From assembly GCA_023334545.1 (NCBI GenBank), contig JAADVB010000029.1:1-64000 (forward strand): a stretch of DNA of 64,000 nt, read 5' to 3'. Of the stretch, positions 32,710 to 42,955 are shown one piece after another. The stretch's first letter is position 1; the number at the start of each line of letters is the position of its first letter. Position numbers and translations under genes: made by a program. Under the pieces are notes generated by a model that worked only from the letters and a program-made list of their open reading frames with translations, did not search any database and had not been told where the DNA came from. Source of the stretch: Salisapilia sapeloensis CBS 127946. Lineage: Eukaryota > Protista > Oomycota.

Positions 32710-33462
32710 TCAATCACGTTTGCACAATGAATTCATCTCGTCTGCTATCTTGATGCTTATATCCATTGCACTTGCATCGTTCGAAAGCACTTGGACAGCG
32801 CCAGTAGAACTCGAATCGTCTGGCTTGATACTCAAGAGGATCTTCTTGTCCGCCAATGTGAAGCTGTAGTGTCCATTTGATGCTATCAGTAGCCCTTCCA
32901 AAGGCTTTACTTGTAGGATATCTCGTAGCTTATACAAAGAAACGGTTTCGCTCGTAGCAATCACAGTCGAGTCGGTAGGTAGCGGTGACGCACAAGATAC
33001 CCACGTACCTTGCTGCACGATTGGCACATAGATGTCTACAGCTTTATGCAGTGGCTGCTGTGTGCCTGGTGACGGTATCATGACTTCAGCCTTCCCTTGG
33101 ATCATGCTCTGACTCGAGCATTGGACGGGTATCTGCAGCTTGTGTTCATCTTCTGCACGCAATGTATCAATTCTTTCCGAGTGCGTAGGCTCCTCAGACA
33201 GCTCCAAACGGACAGACACATCTACATCCGACAGCTCCATCTTCGAAGCATTCACAACAACGATGACAAGACTCGCTTGCTCAGCGTCGTACTCGACATC
33301 CAATCGAATGGACTGTAACAAGGCGGATTCCAACATACTATTCATCATCTCCATGACTCCATGACTTTGTGTTAAGCTCTGATTAACACGATCAAAGACG
33401 TTGCCCATGGACTGCTGCAGATTATCAGCAAAGGCGGCGAGCTGGTCCGCCGTGTCATCCAT
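32710..33462 (-). CDS. Hypothetical protein (N-terminal helix, beta-rich core)
   Basis: 250-aa ATG-initiated ORF filling the space between two genes, with protein-like composition; no family recognised. Confidence 0.7.
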   Translation of the reverse strand: MDDTADQLAAFADNLQQSMGNVFDRVNQSLTQSHGVMEMMNSMLESALLQSIRLDVEYDAEQASLVIVVVNASKMELSDVDVSVRLELSEEPTHSERIDTLRAEDEHKLQIPVQCSSQSMIQGKAEVMIPSPGTQQPLHKAVDIYVPIVQQGTWVSCASPLPTDSTVIATSETVSLYKLRDILQVKPLEGLLIASNGHYSFTLADKKILLSIKPDDSSSTGAVQVLSNDASAMDISIKIADEMNSLCKRD

Positions 33463-33539
33463 CTCTCTTTCTTCTTTTCTTAGAGTTATGTTATACGAGA
33501 CTTCTGATTTCCAGCACGATACTTCAGATCATAATTCCG

Positions 33540-35312
33540 ATGGAGCAGACGCAAGCAAGTTCCAAGCCTCGTCGCCGCCGTGGTGGTCGCAAGAACAAGA
33601 CTGATGGAGTATCAGTCGAAACACCAGCGCCCGTAGCCCCTGTCAAGCGCGCGAGTGACGGAGATGAAAGCAATACGACGCCTCATAAAAAAAGTCGTGG
33701 CGGCCGTCGTGGCAAAGCTAAGGAAAGTGACAAGGAAGTTGAAAAGCAAGAATCGACGCAAACGATGGATCATCTTTCCGACATGCTCTTCTCATCTCTA
33801 GAGATTGGCGAGTCGTTTAAACAAGCTATCGTGGATGAACTCCAGTACGAGCGTCTTACGCATGTCCAAAAGGAGACCTTCCCATTCATCCTCGAAGGGA
33901 AAGACGTGCTCGCTAAAGCCAAGACGGGGAACGGCAAGACTATTGCCTTTTTACTACCTGTCTTTGAGCGTCTGACGAGGCTAAACCTGACCAATACGAA
34001 GGATACCATCCCAGCGCTCGTTATTTCTCCTACGAGAGAGCTGGCGTTGCAAATCGCGACGGAAGCTAAGCGTCTCGCATCCATTGAAAAGCTACGTATC
34101 CTCTGTGTCGTCGGTGGCACCAACGTCAGTAAGGATCAGCGTGAAATCGCTGCTTCGAAACCTCTGGACGTGTTGATCGCGACGCCAGGACGTCTACAAG
34201 ACCACTTGAAGCAAGACTCTGGCGACATCTTATCCAAGCTGAGCAAGACGAGCGTCATCATTTTGGACGAAGCTGATCGTCTCTTGGATATGGGTTTCCG
34301 TCCAGACCTACTGCGTATCCTCAAGCACCTTCCCAAGGAGCGACAGACCCTCTTGTTCAGTGCGACGCTCCCTGCGTCCACGGATGAGCTGCGTCAAGTC
34401 GCTCTAAAGGAAGACTATGCCTTCGTAGACACGATTGATGAGAATGAAGAAGATACCAACGTCCAGACGCAGCAAGAATACATTGTCTGTCCGCTCACGG
34501 AGCTCGTTCCGAGCATCGAGTCCGTCCTCCAAGAGCACATGGACAGCACCAAGAACTACAAGGTCATGGTCTTCTTCCCAACTGCACGAGCAGCGCAATT
34601 CATGGCGCAGCTCTTCTCTGCGTCCAAGTTCGCCAACATCTTGGAAATTCATTCCCGCAAGTCGCAGGCGAATCGTACCAAGACAGCTGAGACGTTCCGC
34701 AAGTCGACGGACGTCTGCATGTTCTCTTCCGACGTGTCGGCGAGAGGTGTGGACTACCCAGACGTGACGTTGGTCGTCCAAGTCGGACTGACTGATCGTG
34801 ACCAGTACATCCATCGTCTCGGACGTACGGCGCGTGCTGGCATGGCGGGTAAAGGTGTGCTTATCCTCGCCGACTTTGAAAGTGTCTTGTTGAAGGAACT
34901 AAATGATCTTCCGTTGGAGAAACGTTCGCCACCTCCTGTGACACAAGAGATGAAGACGATGAAGACGATCAATCATTTGGACAAGGAAAAGGAGCTCCAG
35001 AAATCAGCACAGCAGTCGTACCAGGCGTGGCTTGGCTTTTATAATTCCAACTTGAAGAGACTGCAGCTGACTAAGGAGAAACTGGTCGATCTGGCGCAAA
35101 TGTACTCGGAACATATTGGACTGACCGAAGTGCCCAAGCTGGAGAAGAAGACGTTGAAGAAGATGAACTTGTTTGGTGTCAGGGGACTTGAGGCGTCTGC
35201 GTATGAGCCAAGGGAAGGACGTGGTGGAAATGGAGGTGGAAGAGGTGGAAATGGAGGACGTGGTGGCGGAAGAGGTGGACGTGGAGGCCGTGGACGAGGC
35301 CGTGGATTCTAA
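33540..35312 (+). CDS. DEAD-box RNA helicase (Mss116/plant RH25-26-31-like) with RGG tail
   Basis: AKTGNGKT, PTRELA, TPGRL, DEAD, SAT, SARGVD and HRLGRTAR motifs, YQAWLGFYNS, and a C-terminal RGG repeat. Confidence 0.9.
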   Translation: MEQTQASSKPRRRRGGRKNKTDGVSVETPAPVAPVKRASDGDESNTTPHKKSRGGRRGKAKESDKEVEKQESTQTMDHLSDMLFSSLEIGESFKQAIVDELQYERLTHVQKETFPFILEGKDVLAKAKTGNGKTIAFLLPVFERLTRLNLTNTKDTIPALVISPTRELALQIATEAKRLASIEKLRILCVVGGTNVSKDQREIAASKPLDVLIATPGRLQDHLKQDSGDILSKLSKTSVIILDEADRLLDMGFRPDLLRILKHLPKERQTLLFSATLPASTDELRQVALKEDYAFVDTIDENEEDTNVQTQQEYIVCPLTELVPSIESVLQEHMDSTKNYKVMVFFPTARAAQFMAQLFSASKFANILEIHSRKSQANRTKTAETFRKSTDVCMFSSDVSARGVDYPDVTLVVQVGLTDRDQYIHRLGRTARAGMAGKGVLILADFESVLLKELNDLPLEKRSPPPVTQEMKTMKTINHLDKEKELQKSAQQSYQAWLGFYNSNLKRLQLTKEKLVDLAQMYSEHIGLTEVPKLEKKTLKKMNLFGVRGLEASAYEPREGRGGNGGGRGGNGGRGGGRGGRGGRGRGRGF

Positions 35313-35430
35313 CTTTTAGCTATGCGAACTGTAATTTGTACTTGTCCAATGGATAGATACAGTAGATCTCATAAAGAAAAATACACTCATTTTCCCACTC
35401 GACTCGGAAACGTACTTGTAAATCAAACAT

Positions 35431-35480
35431 GATTGGTAGAAATACAAACCATCTAGATGTGATTGGATGAAAGAGATTGG
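35431..35480. promoter_or_regulatory. Cluster of three reverse CCAAT (ATTGG) boxes upstream of PRP31
   Basis: gATTGG at 35431, 35461 and 35475, within about 90 nt of the ATG at 35522. Confidence 0.55.
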
Positions 35481-35521
35481 ACAGATAACAAACAACGAAA
35501 TAGAGGAAGAGCGAATTGAAG

Positions 35522-37045
35522 ATGTCGACCTTAGCAGACTCCTTTCTAGAGGACTTGGATGAACTAAGTAGTGAAAGTGGTGGTGAAGAAGAGAGTACGG
35601 GTCATCAGCTTTCTACAGATCAAAAGGAAAAGACAGAAGAAGAAGAAAAAGAGGGAGTAGAGCCGAAAGAAAATGCCAAGCTCGAAGATGACTTGATGAA
35701 TGGCATCAAGTCGACTCCAAGGGATACGTCGAAGCGAGGCGTTGAATCTGTTGCTCAACTGAAACGATCGCAAAAGTATCTTGATCATGTTGAAAGCATT
35801 CGCAAATACGATAGCTCCTTTGAAGCGGTCGATCCAGCTAATCTGACACAAGGAAGTGCTGAGTACGATTTAGTTGTCACTTCCCATGACCTCATGGTCC
35901 AGATCGATGACGAAATCGCTGCTATCTATCGGTTTGTGAGTGAAATCTACGCTACCAAGTTTCCAGAGCTTGAGTCACTCATACCGTCCGCCATCGACTA
36001 TGCTCGTGTCGTCAAAACCATTGGCAACGAGACCGATATGACGCTCATTGATTTATCCAAGCTCCTACCGAGTGCGACTATCATCAGTATCTCTGTCACA
36101 GGCTCCGGTACAAGTGGTAAACCCTTGTGTCCGAGCGATCTCGAACGCTGTCTAACTGCCTGCGACGAGCTCCTGTCGCTCGATCAGGACAAGGCAATGA
36201 TCCTACGCTTCGTGGAAAGTCGCATGAAATACCTCGCACCCAACGCTTCTCAGCTAGCAGGTACACGTGTGGCTGCACAATTAATCGGTCTCGCTGGTGG
36301 CGTCGCGAATCTCGCTCGGATCCCTGCTTGCAACCTACAGGTCCTCGGACAGCAGAAGCGAGACTTGAGTGGTTTCTCATCTGCATCTGCTCTCAAGCAC
36401 ACTGGTGTCCTCTTCTACTGTGACCTCGTCCAGAGCGTCCCTCCTCCTCTTCGCAAGAAAGCGACGAGAGCTGTTGCTGCGAAACTAGCCCTCGCAGCAC
36501 GCGTCGATAGTCAGCCACATCAGAAGACGACGGACGGGGCTATTGGCATCAACTTTCGCGACGAATTGGAACGTAAGTTTGACAAGTGGCAGGAACCACA
36601 AAAGGCGAAGACGAAGAAACCTTTGCCGATTCCAGATGAAAAGCCACGTCGAAAGCGTGGTGGCAAGCGATATCGAAAGATGAAGGAACGACTGGAGATG
36701 ACAGACGTCCGAAAGGAGGCGAATCGCCAGTCTTTTGCGACTGCTGATGATGAATACGGAGATAACGCTATGGGTATGACGGCAGGAAGACTAAAGCAGG
36801 AAGGATCTGGTAATTTACGTATTAAAGAAAAGAAGCAGCGACAGACGAGCAAGAAGCTTCGTGCGGCCAAGTTTGCAGCAGCACAGAAACCAGAAGTGTC
36901 TGGACTCACGTCCAGTCTCGCGTTTACTCCAGTGCAAGGCATCGAATTGATGAACCCTGAAGCTGCTCAGAAACGTGTGGATGAAGCCAACAAAAAGTAT
37001 TTTTCTGCTCAAAGCGGCTTTGTCAGCGTCGTGAAGAAACCATAA
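35522..37045 (+). CDS. PRPF31: U4/U6.U5 tri-snRNP protein Prp31
   Basis: MSTLADSFLEDLDEL, YATKFPELESL, NOP domain APNASQLAG..AAQLIGLAGG..IPACNLQVLG, KLALAARVD, KRGGKRYRKMKER, SGLTSSLAFTPVQGIEL. Confidence 0.95.
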   Translation: MSTLADSFLEDLDELSSESGGEEESTGHQLSTDQKEKTEEEEKEGVEPKENAKLEDDLMNGIKSTPRDTSKRGVESVAQLKRSQKYLDHVESIRKYDSSFEAVDPANLTQGSAEYDLVVTSHDLMVQIDDEIAAIYRFVSEIYATKFPELESLIPSAIDYARVVKTIGNETDMTLIDLSKLLPSATIISISVTGSGTSGKPLCPSDLERCLTACDELLSLDQDKAMILRFVESRMKYLAPNASQLAGTRVAAQLIGLAGGVANLARIPACNLQVLGQQKRDLSGFSSASALKHTGVLFYCDLVQSVPPPLRKKATRAVAAKLALAARVDSQPHQKTTDGAIGINFRDELERKFDKWQEPQKAKTKKPLPIPDEKPRRKRGGKRYRKMKERLEMTDVRKEANRQSFATADDEYGDNAMGMTAGRLKQEGSGNLRIKEKKQRQTSKKLRAAKFAAAQKPEVSGLTSSLAFTPVQGIELMNPEAAQKRVDEANKKYFSAQSGFVSVVKKP

Positions 37046-37068
37046 TTCTAAATGCCAATTTGATCCAT

Positions 37069-37992
37069 TCAAAAGAACTCTGCATACTTTTGTTCATAGA
37101 TGACGCAGAAACGACGACGATCAGCTCGACTGACACGATGGAGTGTCCCTGGAATACGATTGTTCGTCGCTCGCTCCAATGCTTTTCCACAAAACAAAAT
37201 TATTTCTTTACCAGGATGACAAACTTTCTCGGCCTGGATCCACTGCTGAGATGCCTGGTCGAATACGTCCAGTCCCTCGACGTCACACACTGGTTCCACG
37301 ACATATAGACTCGGATCCACATGCTCAAACACATTCTCCTCTTCCGACTGACCTGACGTCTCGGTATTTGGATAGTGAAGACCGTAGCATACAGAGAAGT
37401 CGTCTTCCCTGGAACGTTTCGACGGAGGATCGACGCTGTAGCCTAACGTCAAGCGCAGTGCTTGGTCACAAATCTGCTGCATGGCAGTGAGGAGCGACAG
37501 CCAGCGCTCTTGGAACTCGTCGTTCGGCCACACAAGTCGACTCATATCACCACAGTGCACTCGGAAGCAATCTCGGACGTGCGTATGTTCATACCCGCAA
37601 TACCACATGGGTGTTCCGTTCTCGTTCTTGTAAATCTGCTTGCTCGTACAGGATTGTTGCCACTCCGTGTCGGTACTTGTGAAAAACTCTTGGAAAGCAT
37701 CCATCAGACGAGCGTACTTGTCTTCTAGGGAATCCCCTAGGTCCGTGAGTACCACGAACGAGTGTTTCTCCATCAATGCATTAAAATGCGCTCGATTCGA
37801 TAGCTTTAAGCTCTTTAGTTTCATCCGAGGTACCGTGATGCCATTTTCTACAGTCTCCTGCATCGGCTCTACAGTATCGTTCGACGTCGTAGTGGTATCA
37901 ATAGATGCCTGAGAGGCAGTGCTACTTGATCCATTGACGTAATAATGGTAATACTCGACAGGAACGGCAGCTAGACGATGATCCGGTGACAT
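37069..37992 (-). CDS. 2-oxoglutarate/Fe(II) oxygenase (isopenicillin N synthase-like fold)
   Basis: Facial triad HVD..TLHRV, GLDVFD..W, LFCGKALERATN; first ATG at 37992. Confidence 0.75.
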   Translation of the reverse strand: MSPDHRLAAVPVEYYHYYVNGSSSTASQASIDTTTTSNDTVEPMQETVENGITVPRMKLKSLKLSNRAHFNALMEKHSFVVLTDLGDSLEDKYARLMDAFQEFFTSTDTEWQQSCTSKQIYKNENGTPMWYCGYEHTHVRDCFRVHCGDMSRLVWPNDEFQERWLSLLTAMQQICDQALRLTLGYSVDPPSKRSREDDFSVCYGLHYPNTETSGQSEEENVFEHVDPSLYVVEPVCDVEGLDVFDQASQQWIQAEKVCHPGKEIILFCGKALERATNNRIPGTLHRVSRADRRRFCVIYEQKYAEFF

Positions 37993-38054
37993 CTTGGACC
38001 CAAATGTGCAAATTTGTAAAATGAGGTGACAACCAACGAAAACAATCAATAATC

Positions 38055-39768
38055 ATGCTGCGTGTCCAAGGGCTTGCAGGTGCGCTAGCGAAGCGCATAC
38101 GTCCTCGATCGACGAGAAAATTCGCACAGGCCTTCAGTGCTCATCGCTTTAGTAGTAGCACTAGTGGCAATGATGGTGGTGACACGGATGACGAGGAATT
38201 GGACTATGACTTGGATGACCTCGAAGAGTTCTCGTTTGATGCACATATGGATGACCTGGCATGGCTAGAGCAAGAAGAAGATTTTGATTCGACGACTGCA
38301 GGCAAAATCGAGGAGCAAGTGAAGCAAAAGGTCCGAGTGCAGCGTGCCAAGCACTCGAAACGCCGCTTCGTCGACCGCATTCGCATCAAAGCATCAGGAG
38401 GTCACGGTGGCAATGGCTGCTCGAGTTATATTTGTAAGTCTAGACTATCTACATGCATTTCTATGTATTATATGACTGACCCTATGCTGTGTACTTAATT
38501 ATAGCTCTGTCTCCCGTGAAAAAGCGACCGAATGGAGGTCACGGTGGTGCTGGCGGAGACGTTATCTTCGAGGCTGATCATCGCATCCAGAACTTGGCAA
38601 ACGCTACGCACCACTTTAAAGGAGGGTCAGGATCCAACGGCATGCGTATGAACATAACATCAACGAATTATCAATCTATCCCATGCTGAGCTCTGCTATA
38701 GCCAACGATTCTGCAGGAAGACGTGGCAAGCATTCCATAATCAAGGTCCCTTGTGGTACACTCGTCAAGAGCGTCGATCGTGTATGTATAGCACAAGATA
38801 ATCTCTTCTTGCTACTTAACTGATCCGATTCTAGGATGAGCGTGAAACCGAGTCAGGTGACTTTGAGATCGTGGATCATCTGGAAACAGTATGCGACCTC
38901 GACGTCCACGGAGCTCAGTTTTTAGCCGCGAAAGGTGGTAAGCCTGGGCTCGGTAACCGCATTCTTGCTGGCAAAACGACTAGTTTCGGTCGACTGCGTC
39001 GACACATGCCAGAGAACAAAGGCACTGGTTCGCCCGGAACGTCTCAGTACTACGAACTTGAGCTCAAGACCATCGCAGACGTTGGTCTCGTAGGTTACCC
39101 AAACGCCGGGAAGTCTACCCTGCTGTCGACACTCAGTCGCGCAACACCTGCCATCGCACCGTATCCCTTCACGACACTTCATCCATACGTTGGCATCGTC
39201 GAGTTCCCAGACACGTACCGACTGAGTGTTGCCGACATCCCTGGACTAGTCGATGGTGCTCATCGAAACGTTGGATTAGGGCATGACTTTTTACGTCATA
39301 TCGAACGCACCAAGGTACAGGACTATAAATTCTCTTAGATATAGCGAATAACGTCGTTTGGTAGCTTCTCTTGTACGTCTTGGATGCGGCTGGGTCGGAA
39401 GGACGCGACCCACTATCGGACTTTTCAGCTCTCCAACGTGAACTAGAGCTCTACGCACCAAACATCACGACAAGACCATCGATCATCGTAGCCAACAAGA
39501 TGGACGAGCGAGGTATATCTTATATGTCATAGAGACAAAGTACATGGGCTGATATGATACTCGGTAGGTGCGGAAGATAATCTGCATCGCCTGCGCGAAG
39601 CAACTGATCTTGCTGTGCTACCAATCAGGTGATGATGTCTAACTTCCGTGTCTCTCGTGTGATCTAAATGGATGTGATAGTGCTTTACACAAGGTGGACA
39701 TTGATAGCGTTGCAAGGACGTTGCGTTGGATGGTCGAGAACAATGCCAAGCTCACGAACTCTTCTTAA
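38055..39768 (+). CDS. MTG2: Obg-family GTPase, probably mitochondrial (GTPBP5/MTG2-like); multi-exon
   Basis: Presequence-like N-terminus, [67 protein letters not shown]; about seven introns; stop TAA at 39766-39768. Confidence 0.88.
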
Positions 39769-39873
39769 CAATACATTTCTAGCTTGAACATGCCTTTGAC
39801 GATGATAAAAGCACAAGTTTTTTTCGTTTAAATAAATGCATTTCCATTCAACTAGGACGATCATATATAACAT

Positions 39874-40512
39874 CTAGGCTCGGAGACCAGCACGAAGCGC
39901 ATTTCCCATCGATAAATCACGAATGGATGGCAACTTGTATGCCACACCGACCTGACGCGACGGAGAAAGCTCTGGGACAAATGTCGTGGCAAAGTGGACG
40001 GGTGGGACCATGTCCACTGCTACAGGCGACATGACAGCCTTGTTCGGACTGCCGTTTGGGCGTGGAAGAATCTTCTTGCAGCTATGAGGCAGCTCGATCG
40101 AAACTGCTTGTCGTTTCGGCGATGGCGTAGACACTTCCTCCGTCGCAGTACGCTTGCGAGATTTCTTGCTCTGACGCTTGACGAGCGCCATGTCTTCATA
40201 ATTGTCACGAGTGAAGTGTTCGCGACTGTACGTTGGAACAGCGCTCTTGGCCTTTGTCCATTTGCGAAAGCCAAAGTAATTGAGCTGGCGTTGGAAGCTC
40301 GCGAACGACTTGTTCTTGAAATACTGAGGCAAGATGCGTTTCGTGAGTGCATCCTTGTCGAGGATTTGGAACGCTAGACCGTCTTCCGTCCAGCGAATAA
40401 CGTTCGGGCTCTCACGTCGCAACATCTGACGGAGGTGGAGTAAGAACGGCGCGACGGACTGGCGGCGAGTGTCCGAGTCCGTTTCAGGTGATAGCAAGTC
40501 TTTGATCGACAT
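39874..40512 (-). CDS. Heat-shock-factor-type DNA-binding protein
   Basis: PFLLHLRQML..VIRWTEDGLAFQI..ILPQYFKNKSFASFQRQLNYFGFRK; first ATG at 40512. Confidence 0.9.
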   Translation of the reverse strand: MSIKDLLSPETDSDTRRQSVAPFLLHLRQMLRRESPNVIRWTEDGLAFQILDKDALTKRILPQYFKNKSFASFQRQLNYFGFRKWTKAKSAVPTYSREHFTRDNYEDMALVKRQSKKSRKRTATEEVSTPSPKRQAVSIELPHSCKKILPRPNGSPNKAVMSPVAVDMVPPVHFATTFVPELSPSRQVGVAYKLPSIRDLSMGNALRAGLRA

Positions 40513-41000
40513 GTTTGATGGTGACAAGTCCGTGGTGAGTTGAGAAATGCGTTGAGGCGTATGGTGCGTGGGAATGAGATTCACGACAGAGATTCGTTTA
40601 CGTCCAAGCAGGCAAATAAGCGAAATGAGCGGCTATGGAATTTTGTGGATAGACGGGACGAAAATACAATGATTTTGTGGATAGGTGATATATACTTTAT
40701 TGAAGATATATTCCGAATTTCGAATCTCGACTTTTTATGCACTTGTGTTTTGGTCTAATGGACAACACGTTTAGGCGAAACGAGGGAATAGGCTCGACTC
40801 AACGCCTGAGTTACTTGATAATCCGCATGCGATGCAGTCACAAAGATTCTTTTTTACTTTTCTCCGACTGATTCACTACTTGCGCTTTCTTGCAGTGCAG
40901 GAAATCACATTTTTGTACTGATTTCCCCTACTCCGCTTGATAAAATGCCATTCATTTTAGGTCGGACTGCCGTGCTGTCAAAGGACGCGTAGTATCCATC

Positions 41001-42926
41001 ATGAACGTGCTCCGATATGTCCATTGTCTTGGTATGATTCCTATAACCCATGACATGCAACGTTCTGACAAGTAAAACAGGTTGTATATGCAGTTGCATG
41101 TCCATGATATTCTTGCTGAGTGCTTGTGCCGATTCAAGATGGATGCACGATACTTTGAATGCGGTTGACATGGGACTATGGACACTCTCGGTACATGCCA
41201 ATTAGACCGGGTAGCCCAGTGAATACTGATATTAACCATGATAAAGAATATGGGCGTCAAATATAAACTCGCGAATGCTGGTATCAATGTAAATGATCCG
41301 GATGAAGCAAGTCGCATGAGCTACTACAGTCGCTACTGGTAATTTGGCATTTGCACTTGCTTCCTAGCTACTCTAGTTGAAGCAATAATGCTAGTGCGTT
41401 CTCTACGTTGACTCAGAATGATTTGTGGTGCCAACAAGATGCTTCGACTACAAGAGGACTCGTTGTCGTAGCTCTACTTGCTGCAATCATAAGTTGCATT
41501 CTTGGTATCATGTCTGTGTCGAATACAAAAATGCCAACGTGGAATGGAGAAGGCAGAGATGCAACTTTAGTGATTCCAATCTTGTGCTCCCTACTGCAAA
41601 GTATTTGTCTGTGTGCAGTGTTCCCCCTTTGGTTCCGAATGACGAATGTATATGACACTCAATGCAAAGAGCGGAATAAAATCGTCAGCTTCGCATGTGC
41701 AGCAACTGGTCATGCATTTACTCTTATGGCCACTGCAATTCCATTTGCGATGATCACTTTCTGGTGCTGGCGTTTTATCCATTCACACAGAGTACGTTGG
41801 TTTTGGTTAAAGACAAGCATATCACTTATGAATCATGGATTTCAATTAGGATGCTGTGAAGAGAGGAAAAATTGCAGACTACTTAACGCTTGCCGTCAAG
41901 ACTGGTACGCTGTCTACCTTTATACTTTCCCAAGGTCGAAAGTGGTAACATGTCTTGCCAAGGCAGATGACGTAGATGCGGTACTGACAGCAATATCGAA
42001 TGGAGCGAAAGTGGATGCACTTGGCTCGGATGGACGAAATGCACTTCACTGGGCTTGCACGCTTGGCAGAAGCACAGCTTGCCATGTCTTGCTCAAGCAT
42101 GGAGCCTTGCTAACAACTCCCGATGTAAATTAATATCTGCCTTGTAAAAACTAAAAACGATGAAGATATGAGTTTGTAGGACAGTGGGTGGACAGCCCTG
42201 CACTGGGCCAGCCGAGTAGGTAACTCAGACATTGTCCGACTGCTGGCCAAGCACGGCGCCAGGATTAACGTCACCGATCGATGGGGTACTACACCGCTTA
42301 TGTTGACAATTGCTGGACAGAATCGACAAGCAGCGGAAACGTTGCTAGAGCTTGGTGCCGACGTCAATGCTCGAAACGTAAGTCAGCCAACGTCAGCCGG
42401 TCTTTCATCAATGTGTTGCTTATGTGCTTTAGATTTATGGTCAAACTTCTCTGATGCTGTGTGCTGAAAGCACAGCAGAGCTCTTTCAGCTCGGCATGAT
42501 CCTCATCAATTCTGGTTCCGACTTAGCTTTACAAGACGTACGTAGCGCCTACACTACCATCTTTGTACTTAATCCATGCCAACTCGTAATGTCTTAGGCA
42601 CAAGCACAAACAGCTCTTCACTACGCTATCTCCGTAGAGAATCTCAACCTCCTCGCCAGTATGTTACATTTGTGTGACATCGATATCGTTGAAAAGCCAA
42701 ACAAGGTATGTTCTACGCTCCACTTCAACCATCAAAAGCTCAACAGCCTTGCCTTTAGTACGGCGAAACACTCTTCGACTTTGCAGACCTGCGTATGAAA
42801 TCTCGAGCTTCCAAGTTACTAGAGAGTTGGCAAGAAGGAAACGAATTGGTACTAAGCGGACGACGACAACTTGAGCAAATTGATGAAGCAAGTGATTCTG
42901 ATCTGAGTGAAGAAAGCGATGGATAG
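41001..42926 (+). CDS. Claudin-like four-TM domain fused to ankyrin repeats; about 10 exons
   Basis: Manual splicing gives TM1 (LGCICSCMSMIFLLSAC), DSRW..DMGLW..YC..LWC, three more TMs, then ankyrin repeats (GRNALHWAC, GWTALHWAS, GTTPLMLT, GQTSLMLC, AQTALHYA); stop TAG at 42924-42926. Confidence 0.7.
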
Positions 42927-42955
42927 AAACAGCATGCATTGATGTAGAAAAGAAC

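Noticed and set aside
35215-35310. GGA/GGT/CGT tandem repeat
   Set aside because: Coding RGG low-complexity tail, normal for DEAD-box helicases.
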